Shown piece after piece: positions 25,117 through 34,907 of a stretch of DNA of 64,000 nt; position 1 is the stretch's first letter, and each line of letters begins with the position of its first letter. The stretch is from Gammaproteobacteria bacterium. GTDB taxonomy: Bacteria > Pseudomonadota > Gammaproteobacteria > DSM-16500. The stretch is from assembly GCA_033762075.1 (NCBI GenBank), contig JANRLY010000040.1:17372-81371 (forward strand). Reading direction: 5' to 3'. Both the position numbers and the translations under genes were made by a program. The notes under the pieces were generated by a model. The model ran no database searches. It was not told the DNA's origin and saw only the letters and a program-made list of their open reading frames with translations.

Positions 25117-25519
25117 AACCGATATTATTGCTGAAGCAAAAACATGGTTGGGTACGCCTTTTAAACATCAAGGCCGCGTAAAAGGCCGTGGTGTGGATTG
25201 CGTAGGGATTGTGATTGGCATTGCGCATCACTTTAACTTGACCGATTTTGACTACGTGGAATATAGCCACTTGCCAGATGGCGTGACCATGCGGAAATTG
25301 CTGGATGAAAATTTAACACCTATTCTGATTGATCAAGCCCAACCTGGTGATGTCTATCTCATGCGCTTTGAATATCAGCCACAGCATGTCGCCATTGTGA
25401 CGGAATACGGCATGATTCACGCCTATGCACAGGTACGCCGTTGTGTTGAACATAGAATTGATGATGTGTGGCGCTCTCGTATTGTCACTGCTTATGCCTT
25501 CAAAGGGATTGACGAGTAA
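25106..25519 (+). CDS. NlpC/P60 cell-wall peptidase (RcGTA g14-like)
   Basis: It contains WLGTPFKHQGR...GVDCVGIV (catalytic Cys) and HVAIV (His). Confidence 0.75.
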   Translation: MPNRTDIIAEAKTWLGTPFKHQGRVKGRGVDCVGIVIGIAHHFNLTDFDYVEYSHLPDGVTMRKLLDENLTPILIDQAQPGDVYLMRFEYQPQHVAIVTEYGMIHAYAQVRRCVEHRIDDVWRSRIVTAYAFKGIDE

Positions 25520-28500
25520 TGGCAACCGTTGCATTAGGATTAGTCGGCGCTGCTGTTGGCGGTGCATTTGGTATGCCTGGCTTAGGTTTTACCATTGGCT
25601 CTGCTATTGGGCGCGCATTTTTTACCGGTGCCACCCAGCAATATCAAACGATGCAGATGCCTGGCCAAGAAGGGCCACGTCTCAGCGATCTTAAAGTTCA
25701 GTCATCCACCTATGGAACGTCCATCCCTCTGATTTACGGTACTTATCGTGTATCGGGAAATATGATCTGGGCTACTGATATCGTGGAGCGCAGTACCACA
25801 ACGACAACAACTTCTACTTCTACCAGTTCAAGTAGCGGTGGAGGCGGTGGCGGTAAAGGTGGTGGAGGCGGCGGAGGTGGCGGTAGTGCCCGTACTACCA
25901 CAACCATCACTCAGACTACCACGACCTATTCCTATTACGGGAACTTTGCCATAGGTCTCTGTGCTGGGCCGATATTGGGCATTCGGCGTATTTGGGCGGA
26001 CGGTAAGCCGATTTATAACACCAGTGCAAATGCCTCAACCCAAACCGTTATGGCCAGTAGTACGCATGGATTTATTCGTGTCTACAATGGCGATGAAGGT
26101 CAATTGCCCGATCCGCTATTAGAGGCACACCAGGGCGCAGGTAACGTGCCAGCTTTTCGTGGATTGGCTTATATTGTCTTTGAAAATTTTGCACTGGCAG
26201 ATTTTGGCAATCATGTTCCAAACATTACAGTGGAAGTAGTACAGGTCGGTTCCCAAAATGTGACTCTGAATAATTTAGTAACAAGTGTCAGCCGTTCAAT
26301 AGGAAATCCGGTGGGACAAGCCTACGATTTTGATGGTGGCGTTATTCATACCAAAATTGGTGGTGATGAGTGGGGGCATGAATTTCCACCTCCTGCTGGC
26401 CCTCAGCGCATCGATTTAGATTTAAACTTGAATGTCGTACAACGTATTGTCGGTGCTAATTTAGAATCTAATCAGGCATATCATCAAAATATAAAATATA
26501 TGCCGAACTTGTTCGTGACGTTTAATATCAATTACCCATACAAATGGTATGACGTCTCTACCAGCCAGCATTATACATTAAAGGGTGATGGTCACCAGCC
26601 GCAAATGGGTGCGTATGCGAATGGATTTGTTTTTTTGGCGACTGCCATCGAACAGCAAATTTATAATAATTCCATTATCAAGTATCCAGTCGCAGGAAAG
26701 TTTTCTGTTCCTGATAATTTTTCTCAGGTCGTTAATTTTTACGGATACTTTACCAGCAATGTCGGTTACATCGTTGACATGGATATCAAGAATAGTTATC
26801 TCTTTGTGTCCACATTAGAGTCCAGTGGCCCAAAAATTTTAGCCATTGATCCGAATAGTTTAGCGATAGTTAAAAAGTGGAATGTATCGCTGGGTGGAAA
26901 TGTTAGTTACAATATTTCAGTGAACAGCAGCGGAACGCAGGCGCTTCTTACCAAAATTGAATTTAATAACACAAACGCCTATTTAGTGAATCTTGATTTT
27001 AACGCCAGTACGATTTCCACTTACACGGATTTAACGTCGCACTCTGGCGGTAACGGCGCATTTTTCTTTTTAAATGACCATTTCGCGTATGCAGGTGGTC
27101 TTACTACGTTTGGTTCTACCTCGTATGCCTCACTTCAAGGTGTTAATACAGTTGAACCAGAAACGCCACTACTTGCTGCTATTGTCCAGGATATTTGTTT
27201 AAAGGCTGGTTTAGGGTTAAATGATATTGATGTGTCGCTGCTGGGTAATAACATTGTAGGTTATGCTATTTCTCAACAGTCATCTGCTAGAGACAGTTTA
27301 ACGCCTCTGCAAAGTGCTTACTTTTTTGATGTGGTTGAATCAGGGTTTAAATTAAAGTTTGTGCCACGTGGATTAGCAAGTCCCGTTATCATTCCAGAAG
27401 ATGATTTATCTGCGCGCGAATATGGTCAAGAAGAAGTACCCGATCTTACTACCACTCGCGCTCAAGAATTAGATTTACCTCGTCGTATGAATGTCTTGTT
27501 CACGAACATCAATGCGGATTATCAGCAGGGAAACCAAATTGCACAGCGCATTATTACGCAAGCAACCACAGAACAAAAAATAGAGCTATCCATTGCAATG
27601 GCTGATGCTGATGCAGCCAAGATAGCGGATGTCTTACTCTACGATGCCTGGACGCAACGCACTCAATTTGAATTTTCTCTTTCACGCAAATATGCCTACC
27701 TTGATCCAACCGATGTCGTTATTGTGCATGGTCATGTGATGCGATTGATTAATGTAGATTACGGTGATCCAGGATTATTAAAACTTAAAGCAGTGATGGA
27801 AGATGAAACGGTTTATACCTCACTTGCCACGGGTGATGATGTCACCACCCAAAGCGCGCCAGAGTTGCCATTGCCATCACCTGCAAGGCTCTTTTTAATG
27901 GATATGCCAATCTTGCAGGATATTGATGATGACTACGGTTTTTATGCCTGTGCCTCCGGTGTCTTGCAAAACTGGCCTGGTGCAGTAGTCACTAAATCGA
28001 TTGATGGCGGTGATACTTATTCTGAAGTTTACAGCAACAATACGCCTGGCGTTTATGGGATGGTGTTAACGCAATTACCGGATCACAAAACTACTGTCTT
28101 TGATGAAACTAGCCAAGTTTACGTGAAGCTGACCTCCGGTGAACTATCCAGTACGACTGAGTTAAATATTTTAAACGGTGCAAATGCCTGTGTGATGGGT
28201 TTAGAAGTTCTGCAATTTCAGTATGCTGAATTGCAGCCGGACGGCAGTTATTTGTTAAGTCGGTTCTTGCGTGGTAGACGTGGAACAGAATTAGCAACTG
28301 ACCTGCATGTTGAAGGTGAAGCATTCATATTAATTGATGCAGCAACGTGGAAGCGCGTTCATAGCTCGGAATCTGAAATAGGTATTGAGCGAGTCTATAA
28401 GGCCATTACCTATGGCCGTACATTGCAAGAATCCTATGCGCAAGCTTTCACTAACACCGCTATAGGAAAAAAACCATATAGTCCAGTGGGTATTCGCGGC

Positions 28501-28791
28501 TCACGTGATAGTGATGATTTAACCATTACATGGATTCGCCGCTCGCGCGTGGGTGGTTCTTGGCGTGATTATGTGGATGCCACCATTGATCCTGAAATTA
28601 CAGGGTATGAAGTGGATGTCTATGACGGTGATGACGTTATCAGGACACTTGATGCAGAGGATGAAGAAGTAGTTTATACCGCTGCTGATCAAACAACTGA
28701 TTTTGGTTCACCACAAAGTGAAATTACTATCAAAATATACGCTATAGGCCAAACGGTAGGCCGAGGCTTTCCTAGAGAGGCAATCCTATGA
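25519..28791 (+). CDS. Host-specificity / central tail fibre protein (RcGTA g15-like, gpJ-like)
   Basis: The 1090-aa product has an N-terminal Gly-rich region and YGTSIPLIYGTYRVSGNMIWA as in GTA-type host specificity proteins. It carries a Thr/Ser/Gly low-complexity tract. Confidence 0.7.
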   Translation: MATVALGLVGAAVGGAFGMPGLGFTIGSAIGRAFFTGATQQYQTMQMPGQEGPRLSDLKVQSSTYGTSIPLIYGTYRVSGNMIWATDIVERSTTTTTTSTSTSSSSGGGGGGKGGGGGGGGGSARTTTTITQTTTTYSYYGNFAIGLCAGPILGIRRIWADGKPIYNTSANASTQTVMASSTHGFIRVYNGDEGQLPDPLLEAHQGAGNVPAFRGLAYIVFENFALADFGNHVPNITVEVVQVGSQNVTLNNLVTSVSRSIGNPVGQAYDFDGGVIHTKIGGDEWGHEFPPPAGPQRIDLDLNLNVVQRIVGANLESNQAYHQNIKYMPNLFVTFNINYPYKWYDVSTSQHYTLKGDGHQPQMGAYANGFVFLATAIEQQIYNNSIIKYPVAGKFSVPDNFSQVVNFYGYFTSNVGYIVDMDIKNSYLFVSTLESSGPKILAIDPNSLAIVKKWNVSLGGNVSYNISVNSSGTQALLTKIEFNNTNAYLVNLDFNASTISTYTDLTSHSGGNGAFFFLNDHFAYAGGLTTFGSTSYASLQGVNTVEPETPLLAAIVQDICLKAGLGLNDIDVSLLGNNIVGYAISQQSSARDSLTPLQSAYFFDVVESGFKLKFVPRGLASPVIIPEDDLSAREYGQEEVPDLTTTRAQELDLPRRMNVLFTNINADYQQGNQIAQRIITQATTEQKIELSIAMADADAAKIADVLLYDAWTQRTQFEFSLSRKYAYLDPTDVVIVHGHVMRLINVDYGDPGLLKLKAVMEDETVYTSLATGDDVTTQSAPELPLPSPARLFLMDMPILQDIDDDYGFYACASGVLQNWPGAVVTKSIDGGDTYSEVYSNNTPGVYGMVLTQLPDHKTTVFDETSQVYVKLTSGELSSTTELNILNGANACVMGLEVLQFQYAELQPDGSYLLSRFLRGRRGTELATDLHVEGEAFILIDAATWKRVHSSESEIGIERVYKAITYGRTLQESYAQAFTNTAIGKKPYSPVGIRGSRDSDDLTITWIRRSRVGGSWRDYVDATIDPEITGYEVDVYDGDDVIRTLDAEDEEVVYTAADQTTDFGSPQSEITIKIYAIGQTVGRGFPREAIL

Positions 28792-29489
28792 CAACTACAC
28801 CTAATTTGGGTTTAACCCACATTGAAGCCAACCAAGGGCAAAAGGAAGTGACTGCCAATACCTTTGCAGATGGTTTGGATAATGCTATCGCGGGGTTTAT
28901 TAGCATTGACGTGGCGGGTGACAGTGATTTTACGCTGGATGAAACCCAAGCACCGTTAGCGCTATTGGAATTTACTGGTGTATTGACAGGCAATATCAGT
29001 GTGATTATTCCAACGGAAGAAGCGAATAAAAAATTTATCATTCATAACACTACCACCGGTGAATATACGCTGACTGTTAAACATGATGGTAGTGATGGTT
29101 TTATTGTCAAACAAGGTGAGCGCCGATGGGTCTACTCTGATGGAGCGGAAATTTATCCACTTATCCAGTACCCACGAATAAAGACAGTCGAGTTTGCTGA
29201 CCCGCTTGTATTGGACTGGTCAGATGCGGAGACTATTTTTGTGCAGCTGACGGATGATACGACAGTGGAACATACCAGTGCTGTGCCAGGACAGAGACTC
29301 AATTTGGTTTTGCAGCAAGATTCTACAGGCGCTCGTTTAATCATCTGGGGCAGCGAAGTACGGTTTGGAACCGATATCCCTAGTGTCACCTTAACCACTG
29401 ATCCAGACAAGCAAGACAAAATAGGTTTTATTTATAATGATGATGGCGCAGAGTTTTATGATGTAATATCGGTGGTAAAAGGATTTTAA
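28788..29489 (+). CDS. DUF2793-like tail fibre / receptor-binding accessory protein
   Basis: The N-terminus TTPNLGLTHIEANQGQKEVTANTFADGLDNAI is the typical DUF2793 opening. It is the last phage gene. Confidence 0.55.
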   Translation: MTTTPNLGLTHIEANQGQKEVTANTFADGLDNAIAGFISIDVAGDSDFTLDETQAPLALLEFTGVLTGNISVIIPTEEANKKFIIHNTTTGEYTLTVKHDGSDGFIVKQGERRWVYSDGAEIYPLIQYPRIKTVEFADPLVLDWSDAETIFVQLTDDTTVEHTSAVPGQRLNLVLQQDSTGARLIIWGSEVRFGTDIPSVTLTTDPDKQDKIGFIYNDDGAEFYDVISVVKGF

Positions 29490-29548
29490 ATGCTTATTGC
29501 ATCGCTGTATTTGAATAGACAATAAATAGCATCAAGCTTAACTTTTTA

Positions 29549-30340
29549 TTAAAAATTAACTGTTACTGTCCCAAGTAAATGATTTCCCCTAAGTGCTGGG
29601 TCATCCACTGACCTACCGTTTGTTCCAGTCCACTGAAGTGCCAAATTATAAATGCCGATGGTTTTGTTTATTTGTAGACTGTAATCGTTATAACTTCTCA
29701 AATCCGCGCTTCGTGGCAAGCTAAAATGACCTATGCTTCCTTTAACATTTACATCATTAAAATTAAAAATATATTTAGGAGGAATGCCGTAATTGAAGCC
29801 AATATTGTAATATGTTCCGCTTTTGTCAGTATTAAAAACATTGTTAGAGTAATCTAATTCCGCTGTCAAAAAATAATAGCTCCATTTAGTAAGTAGCTCA
29901 TTATAGTTCACTCCTGATGCCTTCGGATAATTATATCGTGCGATGCTAATATCGTAACCAAAGTGTTCTCCAATTTTATTTGCAATCCCTCCAACAGTAT
30001 CTATTTCAACAGTAGCAGTTCCATCTTCAGCATCTGGAAAGTTAACATTTGAACCCCACATATTGAGATAGATTCCTGTTGTCAAAAATGTGTAGGTTAG
30101 CCCACCTTGAAATGCTGGTAAATTGTTAGATAAACTTACTCCACGCCATACATAATTACTAGTTATATCAAAATTTCCGCTTATTGGTGATTCTGCTTCG
30201 TCAGTGGATGTAGTTGAGGCTAAATTATTTGGTTTTTCCTGTGTTAATTTTTCAGCTGTTTTCTTATTAGGGTATACATCTGCTTGTGCTATGGGGCATA
30301 ATGATAGCGATAAGAGTAAAATGACAATAAATTTTTTCAT
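29549..30340 (-). CDS. Outer-membrane beta-barrel protein (TorF / TIGR02001-type putative porin)
   Basis: It has the signal peptide MKKFIVILLLSLSLCPIAQA, the motif YVWRGVSLSNNLPAFQGGLTYTF...GIYLNMWGSNVNF, and a C-terminal aromatic residue. Confidence 0.6.
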   Translation of the reverse strand: MKKFIVILLLSLSLCPIAQADVYPNKKTAEKLTQEKPNNLASTTSTDEAESPISGNFDITSNYVWRGVSLSNNLPAFQGGLTYTFLTTGIYLNMWGSNVNFPDAEDGTATVEIDTVGGIANKIGEHFGYDISIARYNYPKASGVNYNELLTKWSYYFLTAELDYSNNVFNTDKSGTYYNIGFNYGIPPKYIFNFNDVNVKGSIGHFSLPRSADLRSYNDYSLQINKTIGIYNLALQWTGTNGRSVDDPALRGNHLLGTVTVNF

Positions 30341-30494
30341 TAAGCAGAACTCCATGAAATATAAGTTTTCCTTTAAGTTTCTTGAAACAATATAACCTCT
30401 TACGGTGCAAAAATACTAGGGAAAATTAAATTTTTATTATATGATAAGTGATGATTTGCTTCTATTGGGATGTTTTTTAATAAGGATGGTTAAT

Positions 30495-30803
30495 ATGAAA
30501 AAGTTTAAAGGTTATTTTTTTGTGCCATTATTGGGCTTTTTGGCGGGAGGTTGCGCTGAAGTTAGTCAAAACTTAGGCCAAAATATCGCTATGATATCAG
30601 AAGCGCCAAAAAATAATTGTACTTCACTAGGTGAGCTTTCTTCTAGTGTAGGATCTGGGCCATATCAACTCAAAGAACTTAAAAACAGGGCTGCGCAAAA
30701 AGGCGCCAATACTATTTTGGTTAAATCACAAAAATTACATTTCCGTAAGCAGATTAGTAGTATGGAAACAACTACCATTATAGAAGCTTATCGTTGTCCA
30801 TAG
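30495..30803 (+). CDS. DUF4156-like lipoprotein (paralogue 1)
   Basis: It has the lipobox LAGGC and the conserved motifs C-x-x-LGE, KGANTILV and EAYRC, shared with the ORFs at 34063 and 34475. Confidence 0.55.
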   Translation: MKKFKGYFFVPLLGFLAGGCAEVSQNLGQNIAMISEAPKNNCTSLGELSSSVGSGPYQLKELKNRAAQKGANTILVKSQKLHFRKQISSMETTTIIEAYRCP

Positions 30804-32947
30804 ATTAGACTTTTTAGGGTGGGTGAATTAAAACGCAACAATCTTAATCCATTAAAAACCACTAATAAACTTGCACCCATATCAGCAAATACTGCCATCC
30901 AGAGTGTTGCAAATCCAAATAGGGCTAAAACAAAAAATATTGCTTTAATTCCTATAGATAAACTTATATTTTCAACCAGCTTACGCCAGGTACGACGACT
31001 CAGTGCAATGAAAAAAGGTAGCTTGGTAAGATTATCTTCCATCAAAGCCACATCTGCAGTTTCAAGTGCAACATCTGTTCCTGCATGACCCATTGCAAAA
31101 CCAATGGATGCTTTTGCAAGTGCAGGAGCATCGTTAATTCCATCACCCACCATACCTACTGCATCATATTTTTTTAAGAGTATATCCATTGCAGCTAATT
31201 TATCTTGAGGTAATAAATTAGCTTGCACATCATCAATACCGACCATTTTCGCAATTGCTTTAGCCGTAGTTGGATTGTCTCCCGTTATCATGGCCGTTGT
31301 AATGCCAAGCTTATGAAGCCAGTTAACGGCTTCTGCACTTGTTTCTCGCAATGTATCAGTTACGCCCAATATGCCTAATACTTTTTCTTGATTGCCCAAT
31401 ACAATGGTTGTTTTACCTTCTTGTTCTAATTGTTTTAAAGTTGATTCTATTTTAGCGTTACAAACGTTTTTTTCTTCAGCAAAACGATGGTTACCTAAAA
31501 AATAGAGGTAACCATCAATATTGCCTATAATTCCTCGACCTGGAATAGTTTCAAATTTCTCTACCCGCAATAAATTTTCTTTTGCTGATAAATTTTTCCA
31601 TTTATTTAAAATTGCTTCTGCTACTGGATGTTCTGAATGGGACTCAAGGCTAGCGGTAAGGTGTAATAAAGTATTTTCTGAAATATCTGATATTTTCACA
31701 ATGTCTGTAACTATGGGTTTACCAATAGTTAATGTCCCTGTTTTATCGAAGGCAATAGCTTTAATTTTATGACCCAATTCTAAATAAGTTCCGCCTTTAA
31801 TTAAAACACCATGCTTGGCACCAGCTGCTAGACCGCTAACAATTGTAACCGGCGTTGAAATAACTAAGGCACATGGGCAAGCAATAACAAGAAGCACTAA
31901 AGCTTTATAGAACCATGGGTAAAATGGAGCACTGAATAAAAGTGACGGCATGGTAGCTACCAATATGGCTAATATAACCATAATCGGGGTATAGTATTTA
32001 GCAAATTGATCAACAAATCGTTGTGTAGGTGCTCGTTCAGACTGGGCTTGTTGTACTGCTTTTATGATTTTTGAGATAAGTGTTTCATTGATTTCTGCAG
32101 TTACTTTAAATTCAAATGACCCACGCTCGTTAATTGATCCTGCAAACACAGAATCACCTTCCGTTTTTTCTACAGGGATAGATTCGCCTGTAATTGGGGC
32201 TTGATTGACGCTGGACTGCCCTTTGGTAACAATACCATCTATAGGGATTCGCTCACCTGGTTTTACCCATATCACATTATTTAGTTGAATTTCATTAACT
32301 GCTTTAACTTGCCAAGCTCCTTCTGATGTTTTTACTGTTGCAACATCAGGAGTAATTTCCATTAATTGGCGAATTGCATGACGCGCCTTATCTAAAGAAT
32401 AACTTTCGATCATTTCAGCTAGGGCAAAAAGAAAGGTTACCATTGCTGCTTCTGGCCATTCACCAATAATCATTGCACCAATGATGGCTATCGTCATTAA
32501 AAAATTCATATTGAGAGTAAAATAGCGTACCGCTTTAATTCCCTTAATGACGGTACTCCGACCACCTATTAAAATTGAGGATAAAGCTAACATAATAATT
32601 AAAGGTGAATTTTCAGCATGAGTGATATAAGCAAATACTTCTGCAACAATGGCCAGTACGCCGGAAATACCCAAAATGATCCAATCTCGGTAATTCACGT
32701 TCGATTGCAGTAACTCCAGGCTTTTGGCGGTATAAGCTCCATTTTTGATTTCAGCCTTCATTCCTATAGAAGTAAGCGCCTTCTGAATAGCAGCTATTTC
32801 TACATCTTGATAGGTAACTTTCAATTCTTGTTGGATAAGATTGAAGTCTAACTCTAAAATTCCTGGCAAAGAATTTAGGTGATTTTTAATCATTTTTTCT
32901 TCTGTTGGGCAATCCATTTGCGGGATATGGAAAATAACGGTAGCCAT
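30788..32947 (-). CDS. P1B-type heavy-metal ATPase (Zn/Cd/Pb-type, CadA/ZntA-like)
   Basis: It has an N-terminal metal-binding domain with DCPTEE, the CPC motif in the TM6 region (ACPCALVISTP), DKTGTLT and VGDGINDAPAL. Confidence 0.9.
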   Translation of the reverse strand: MATVIFHIPQMDCPTEEKMIKNHLNSLPGILELDFNLIQQELKVTYQDVEIAAIQKALTSIGMKAEIKNGAYTAKSLELLQSNVNYRDWIILGISGVLAIVAEVFAYITHAENSPLIIMLALSSILIGGRSTVIKGIKAVRYFTLNMNFLMTIAIIGAMIIGEWPEAAMVTFLFALAEMIESYSLDKARHAIRQLMEITPDVATVKTSEGAWQVKAVNEIQLNNVIWVKPGERIPIDGIVTKGQSSVNQAPITGESIPVEKTEGDSVFAGSINERGSFEFKVTAEINETLISKIIKAVQQAQSERAPTQRFVDQFAKYYTPIMVILAILVATMPSLLFSAPFYPWFYKALVLLVIACPCALVISTPVTIVSGLAAGAKHGVLIKGGTYLELGHKIKAIAFDKTGTLTIGKPIVTDIVKISDISENTLLHLTASLESHSEHPVAEAILNKWKNLSAKENLLRVEKFETIPGRGIIGNIDGYLYFLGNHRFAEEKNVCNAKIESTLKQLEQEGKTTIVLGNQEKVLGILGVTDTLRETSAEAVNWLHKLGITTAMITGDNPTTAKAIAKMVGIDDVQANLLPQDKLAAMDILLKKYDAVGMVGDGINDAPALAKASIGFAMGHAGTDVALETADVALMEDNLTKLPFFIALSRRTWRKLVENISLSIGIKAIFFVLALFGFATLWMAVFADMGASLLVVFNGLRLLRFNSPTLKSLIYGQR

Positions 32948-33127
32948 AATTATTACTCTCAAAGTTAGTTATCAATCAATGCCTTAGATTCATGCTATCA
33001 TCATAAGCATAGCATTGATTTCTCGATAGATGGAGCCGCAAATATAACATCTAAATCAATCAAATGCTTAGAAAGAGGTCAAAAAATGTCTTACAGCAAG
33101 CAGCCTGTTTAGATAGGGGATTTAATA

Positions 33128-34036
33128 ATGAGTGTTGAGCATAATCATTCAAACTTAAAGGCTAGCAAGGAACGCCCTCTGTTATTTGCTTTAATACTAA
33201 CATCCACTTTTTTGGTTGCAGAAGTGGTGGGTGGTCTTGTTACCGGAAGTCTTGCATTAATTTCCGATGCTGCGCACATGTTAACTGATGTTACTGCGTT
33301 AGGCATTGCTCTTGTTGCTATAAAGATTGCACGTCGACCAGCAGATGTCATTAGAACATTTGGTTATTATCGATTTGAAATTTTGGCTGCAGCATTTAAT
33401 ACAATACTCTTATTTGTGGTGGCAATTTATATTTTATATGAAGCCTACCAAAGACTAAGTCATCCACCTGAAATATCTTCCATAGGCATGTTAGTTATCG
33501 CTTCTATTGGGTTGGTGGTCAACCTAGTGTCAATGAAATTGTTAACTGCTGGTAAAGATAAAAGTCTTAACATGAAAAGTGCCTATCTCGAAGTATGGAG
33601 TGATATGTTAGGATCAATGGGTGTGATTATTGGTGCTTTAATCATTCGCTTTACAGGATGGGCGTGGGTTGATTCGCTTATCGCAGTGCTGATTGGTTTA
33701 TGGGTTTTGCCTCGTACTTGGACTTTACTTAAAGAGAGTATTAACGTACTACTGGAAGGTGTGCCAGAGGGTATTGATTTAAAAAAACTGAAGGAATCAG
33801 CTTACCAAGTTGAAGGTGTGTTAGATATTCATGAGCTACATGTTTGGGCAATTACCAGTGATAGAATCAGTCTAACAGCTCATATAGTAATTGAACAAAA
33901 ATATGATTGTGAAAGCGTTTTATTTAACCTTAAAAAGCTTTTAGCATCACAATTCGGTATTTCGCATACGACCCTACAGCATGAGCGAAAAAAATGTTTT
34001 GAGGGAGACGAGGTTTGTAATTTCGTTTCTCCCTAA
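33128..34036 (+). CDS. czcD: CDF family divalent-cation efflux protein (CzcD/ZitB-like), full length
   Basis: It contains SDAAHMLTDV, six TM segments, LLKESINVLLEGVP and a cytoplasmic domain HELHVW...H. Confidence 0.85.
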   Translation: MSVEHNHSNLKASKERPLLFALILTSTFLVAEVVGGLVTGSLALISDAAHMLTDVTALGIALVAIKIARRPADVIRTFGYYRFEILAAAFNTILLFVVAIYILYEAYQRLSHPPEISSIGMLVIASIGLVVNLVSMKLLTAGKDKSLNMKSAYLEVWSDMLGSMGVIIGALIIRFTGWAWVDSLIAVLIGLWVLPRTWTLLKESINVLLEGVPEGIDLKKLKESAYQVEGVLDIHELHVWAITSDRISLTAHIVIEQKYDCESVLFNLKKLLASQFGISHTTLQHERKKCFEGDEVCNFVSP

Positions 34037-34062
34037 TTTAACTTAATATTTTTGCCTATTTG

Positions 34063-34452
34063 TTACCTGGTGCTCGGGCAATAATATGCCATACCAACCA
34101 TGCTGTGTGTATTTACTTTAATATCTTTATTTCCAATTTTTCCCATTTGGAACGACTTTTTTTCTTGAGATGAAACATGATTTGTTAAAACAACCACATT
34201 TGCACCAAGAGCCAAGGATTTATTTTTTAATAATGTGATATTCATGTCATGTAAAGTGGCGGCAGAGTCAAAAGATTCCTTAGCGACATCATTCGTATTT
34301 ATTTCACCAAGATTTTTGCAACGTTTATTTGGAGCGCCTAAAATTTTTATTTTTTCTGAGCCAGGTGTAGGGGAGACTGTAGTTGCACAACCTACAATAA
34401 AGTGACAACAGAGCACAATAGCACTGGTTTTTAAGCCTATCCATTCTTTCAT
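34063..34452 (-). CDS. DUF4156-like lipoprotein (paralogue 2)
   Basis: It has the lipobox IVGC and the motifs CKNLGEI, LGANVVVL and MAYYC. It is the last gene of the czc string. Confidence 0.5.
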   Translation of the reverse strand: MKEWIGLKTSAIVLCCHFIVGCATTVSPTPGSEKIKILGAPNKRCKNLGEINTNDVAKESFDSAATLHDMNITLLKNKSLALGANVVVLTNHVSSQEKKSFQMGKIGNKDIKVNTHSMVGMAYYCPSTR

Positions 34453-34474
34453 AATTGATCTCCTATGTGAATAT

Positions 34475-34906
34475 TTAGTAAGAATAATGTGTGCCAATTG
34501 TATTACGTTGTAACTGCCATCTAATATCAGATGAACAAGAATAAGCTCCGCCTTTTATATCGTGAGAGCTTTCAGTATAATAATGCTTCTTAGGAGTAGC
34601 TGATGTATGTGGAGTGTCTATTACCTGATGTTGGCAAAAGGTAACTACATTAGCGCCTAGTTTTCTTCCTGCATTTCTAAGGAAGTTAATGTCATCTTTC
34701 TCTAGGTTGTCTTTTGATGAAAAATAAGTGCTTTCGCCATGAATATTATTCCCATTTATCTGTCCTAGGTATTTACACTCTTTTACCGTCTCATTATCTG
34801 GAACAACATAAACACCCTCTGCGTTAGGGTCAAGTATGCGTGGAACGCAGCCACTTATAATTAAAACACCAAAACAAGCAGCAAAATAGAAGCATAACTT
34901 ATTCAT
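34475..34906 (-). CDS. DUF4156-like lipoprotein (paralogue 3)
   Basis: It has the lipobox ISGC and the motifs CKYLGQI, LGANVVTF and GAYSC. It starts 2 nt after the czcA stop. Confidence 0.5.
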   Translation of the reverse strand: MNKLCFYFAACFGVLIISGCVPRILDPNAEGVYVVPDNETVKECKYLGQINGNNIHGESTYFSSKDNLEKDDINFLRNAGRKLGANVVTFCQHQVIDTPHTSATPKKHYYTESSHDIKGGAYSCSSDIRWQLQRNTIGTHYSY

Positions 34907-34907
34907 A

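Larger units (their letters stand above)
898..29489. mobile_element. Temperate tailed-phage genome (prophage core, int to tail-fibre-like gene)
   Basis: There is a complete set of integration, replication, antitermination, lysis, packaging, head and tail genes in canonical lambdoid order. Genes are tightly packed, with many ATGA or 4-nt overlaps. Confidence 0.85.

Noticed and set aside
25861-25874. A 14-nt identity (GGTGGAGGCGGCGG) between the tail host-specificity gene and the att core (122-135).
   Set aside because: It lies within a run of glycine codons (GGN repeats). The remaining 19 nt of the core are absent. It is a compositional coincidence, not a secondary att site.
32992-33015. An inverted repeat, ATGCTAT-10 nt-ATAGCAT, in the divergent P1B-ATPase/czcD promoter region, considered as a MerR/ArsR-type operator.
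   Set aside because: The arms are only 7 bp in AT-rich DNA. There is no cognate regulator gene nearby, and the spacing does not match the 19-20-bp spacer promoters typical of MerR control. It is too weak to call.
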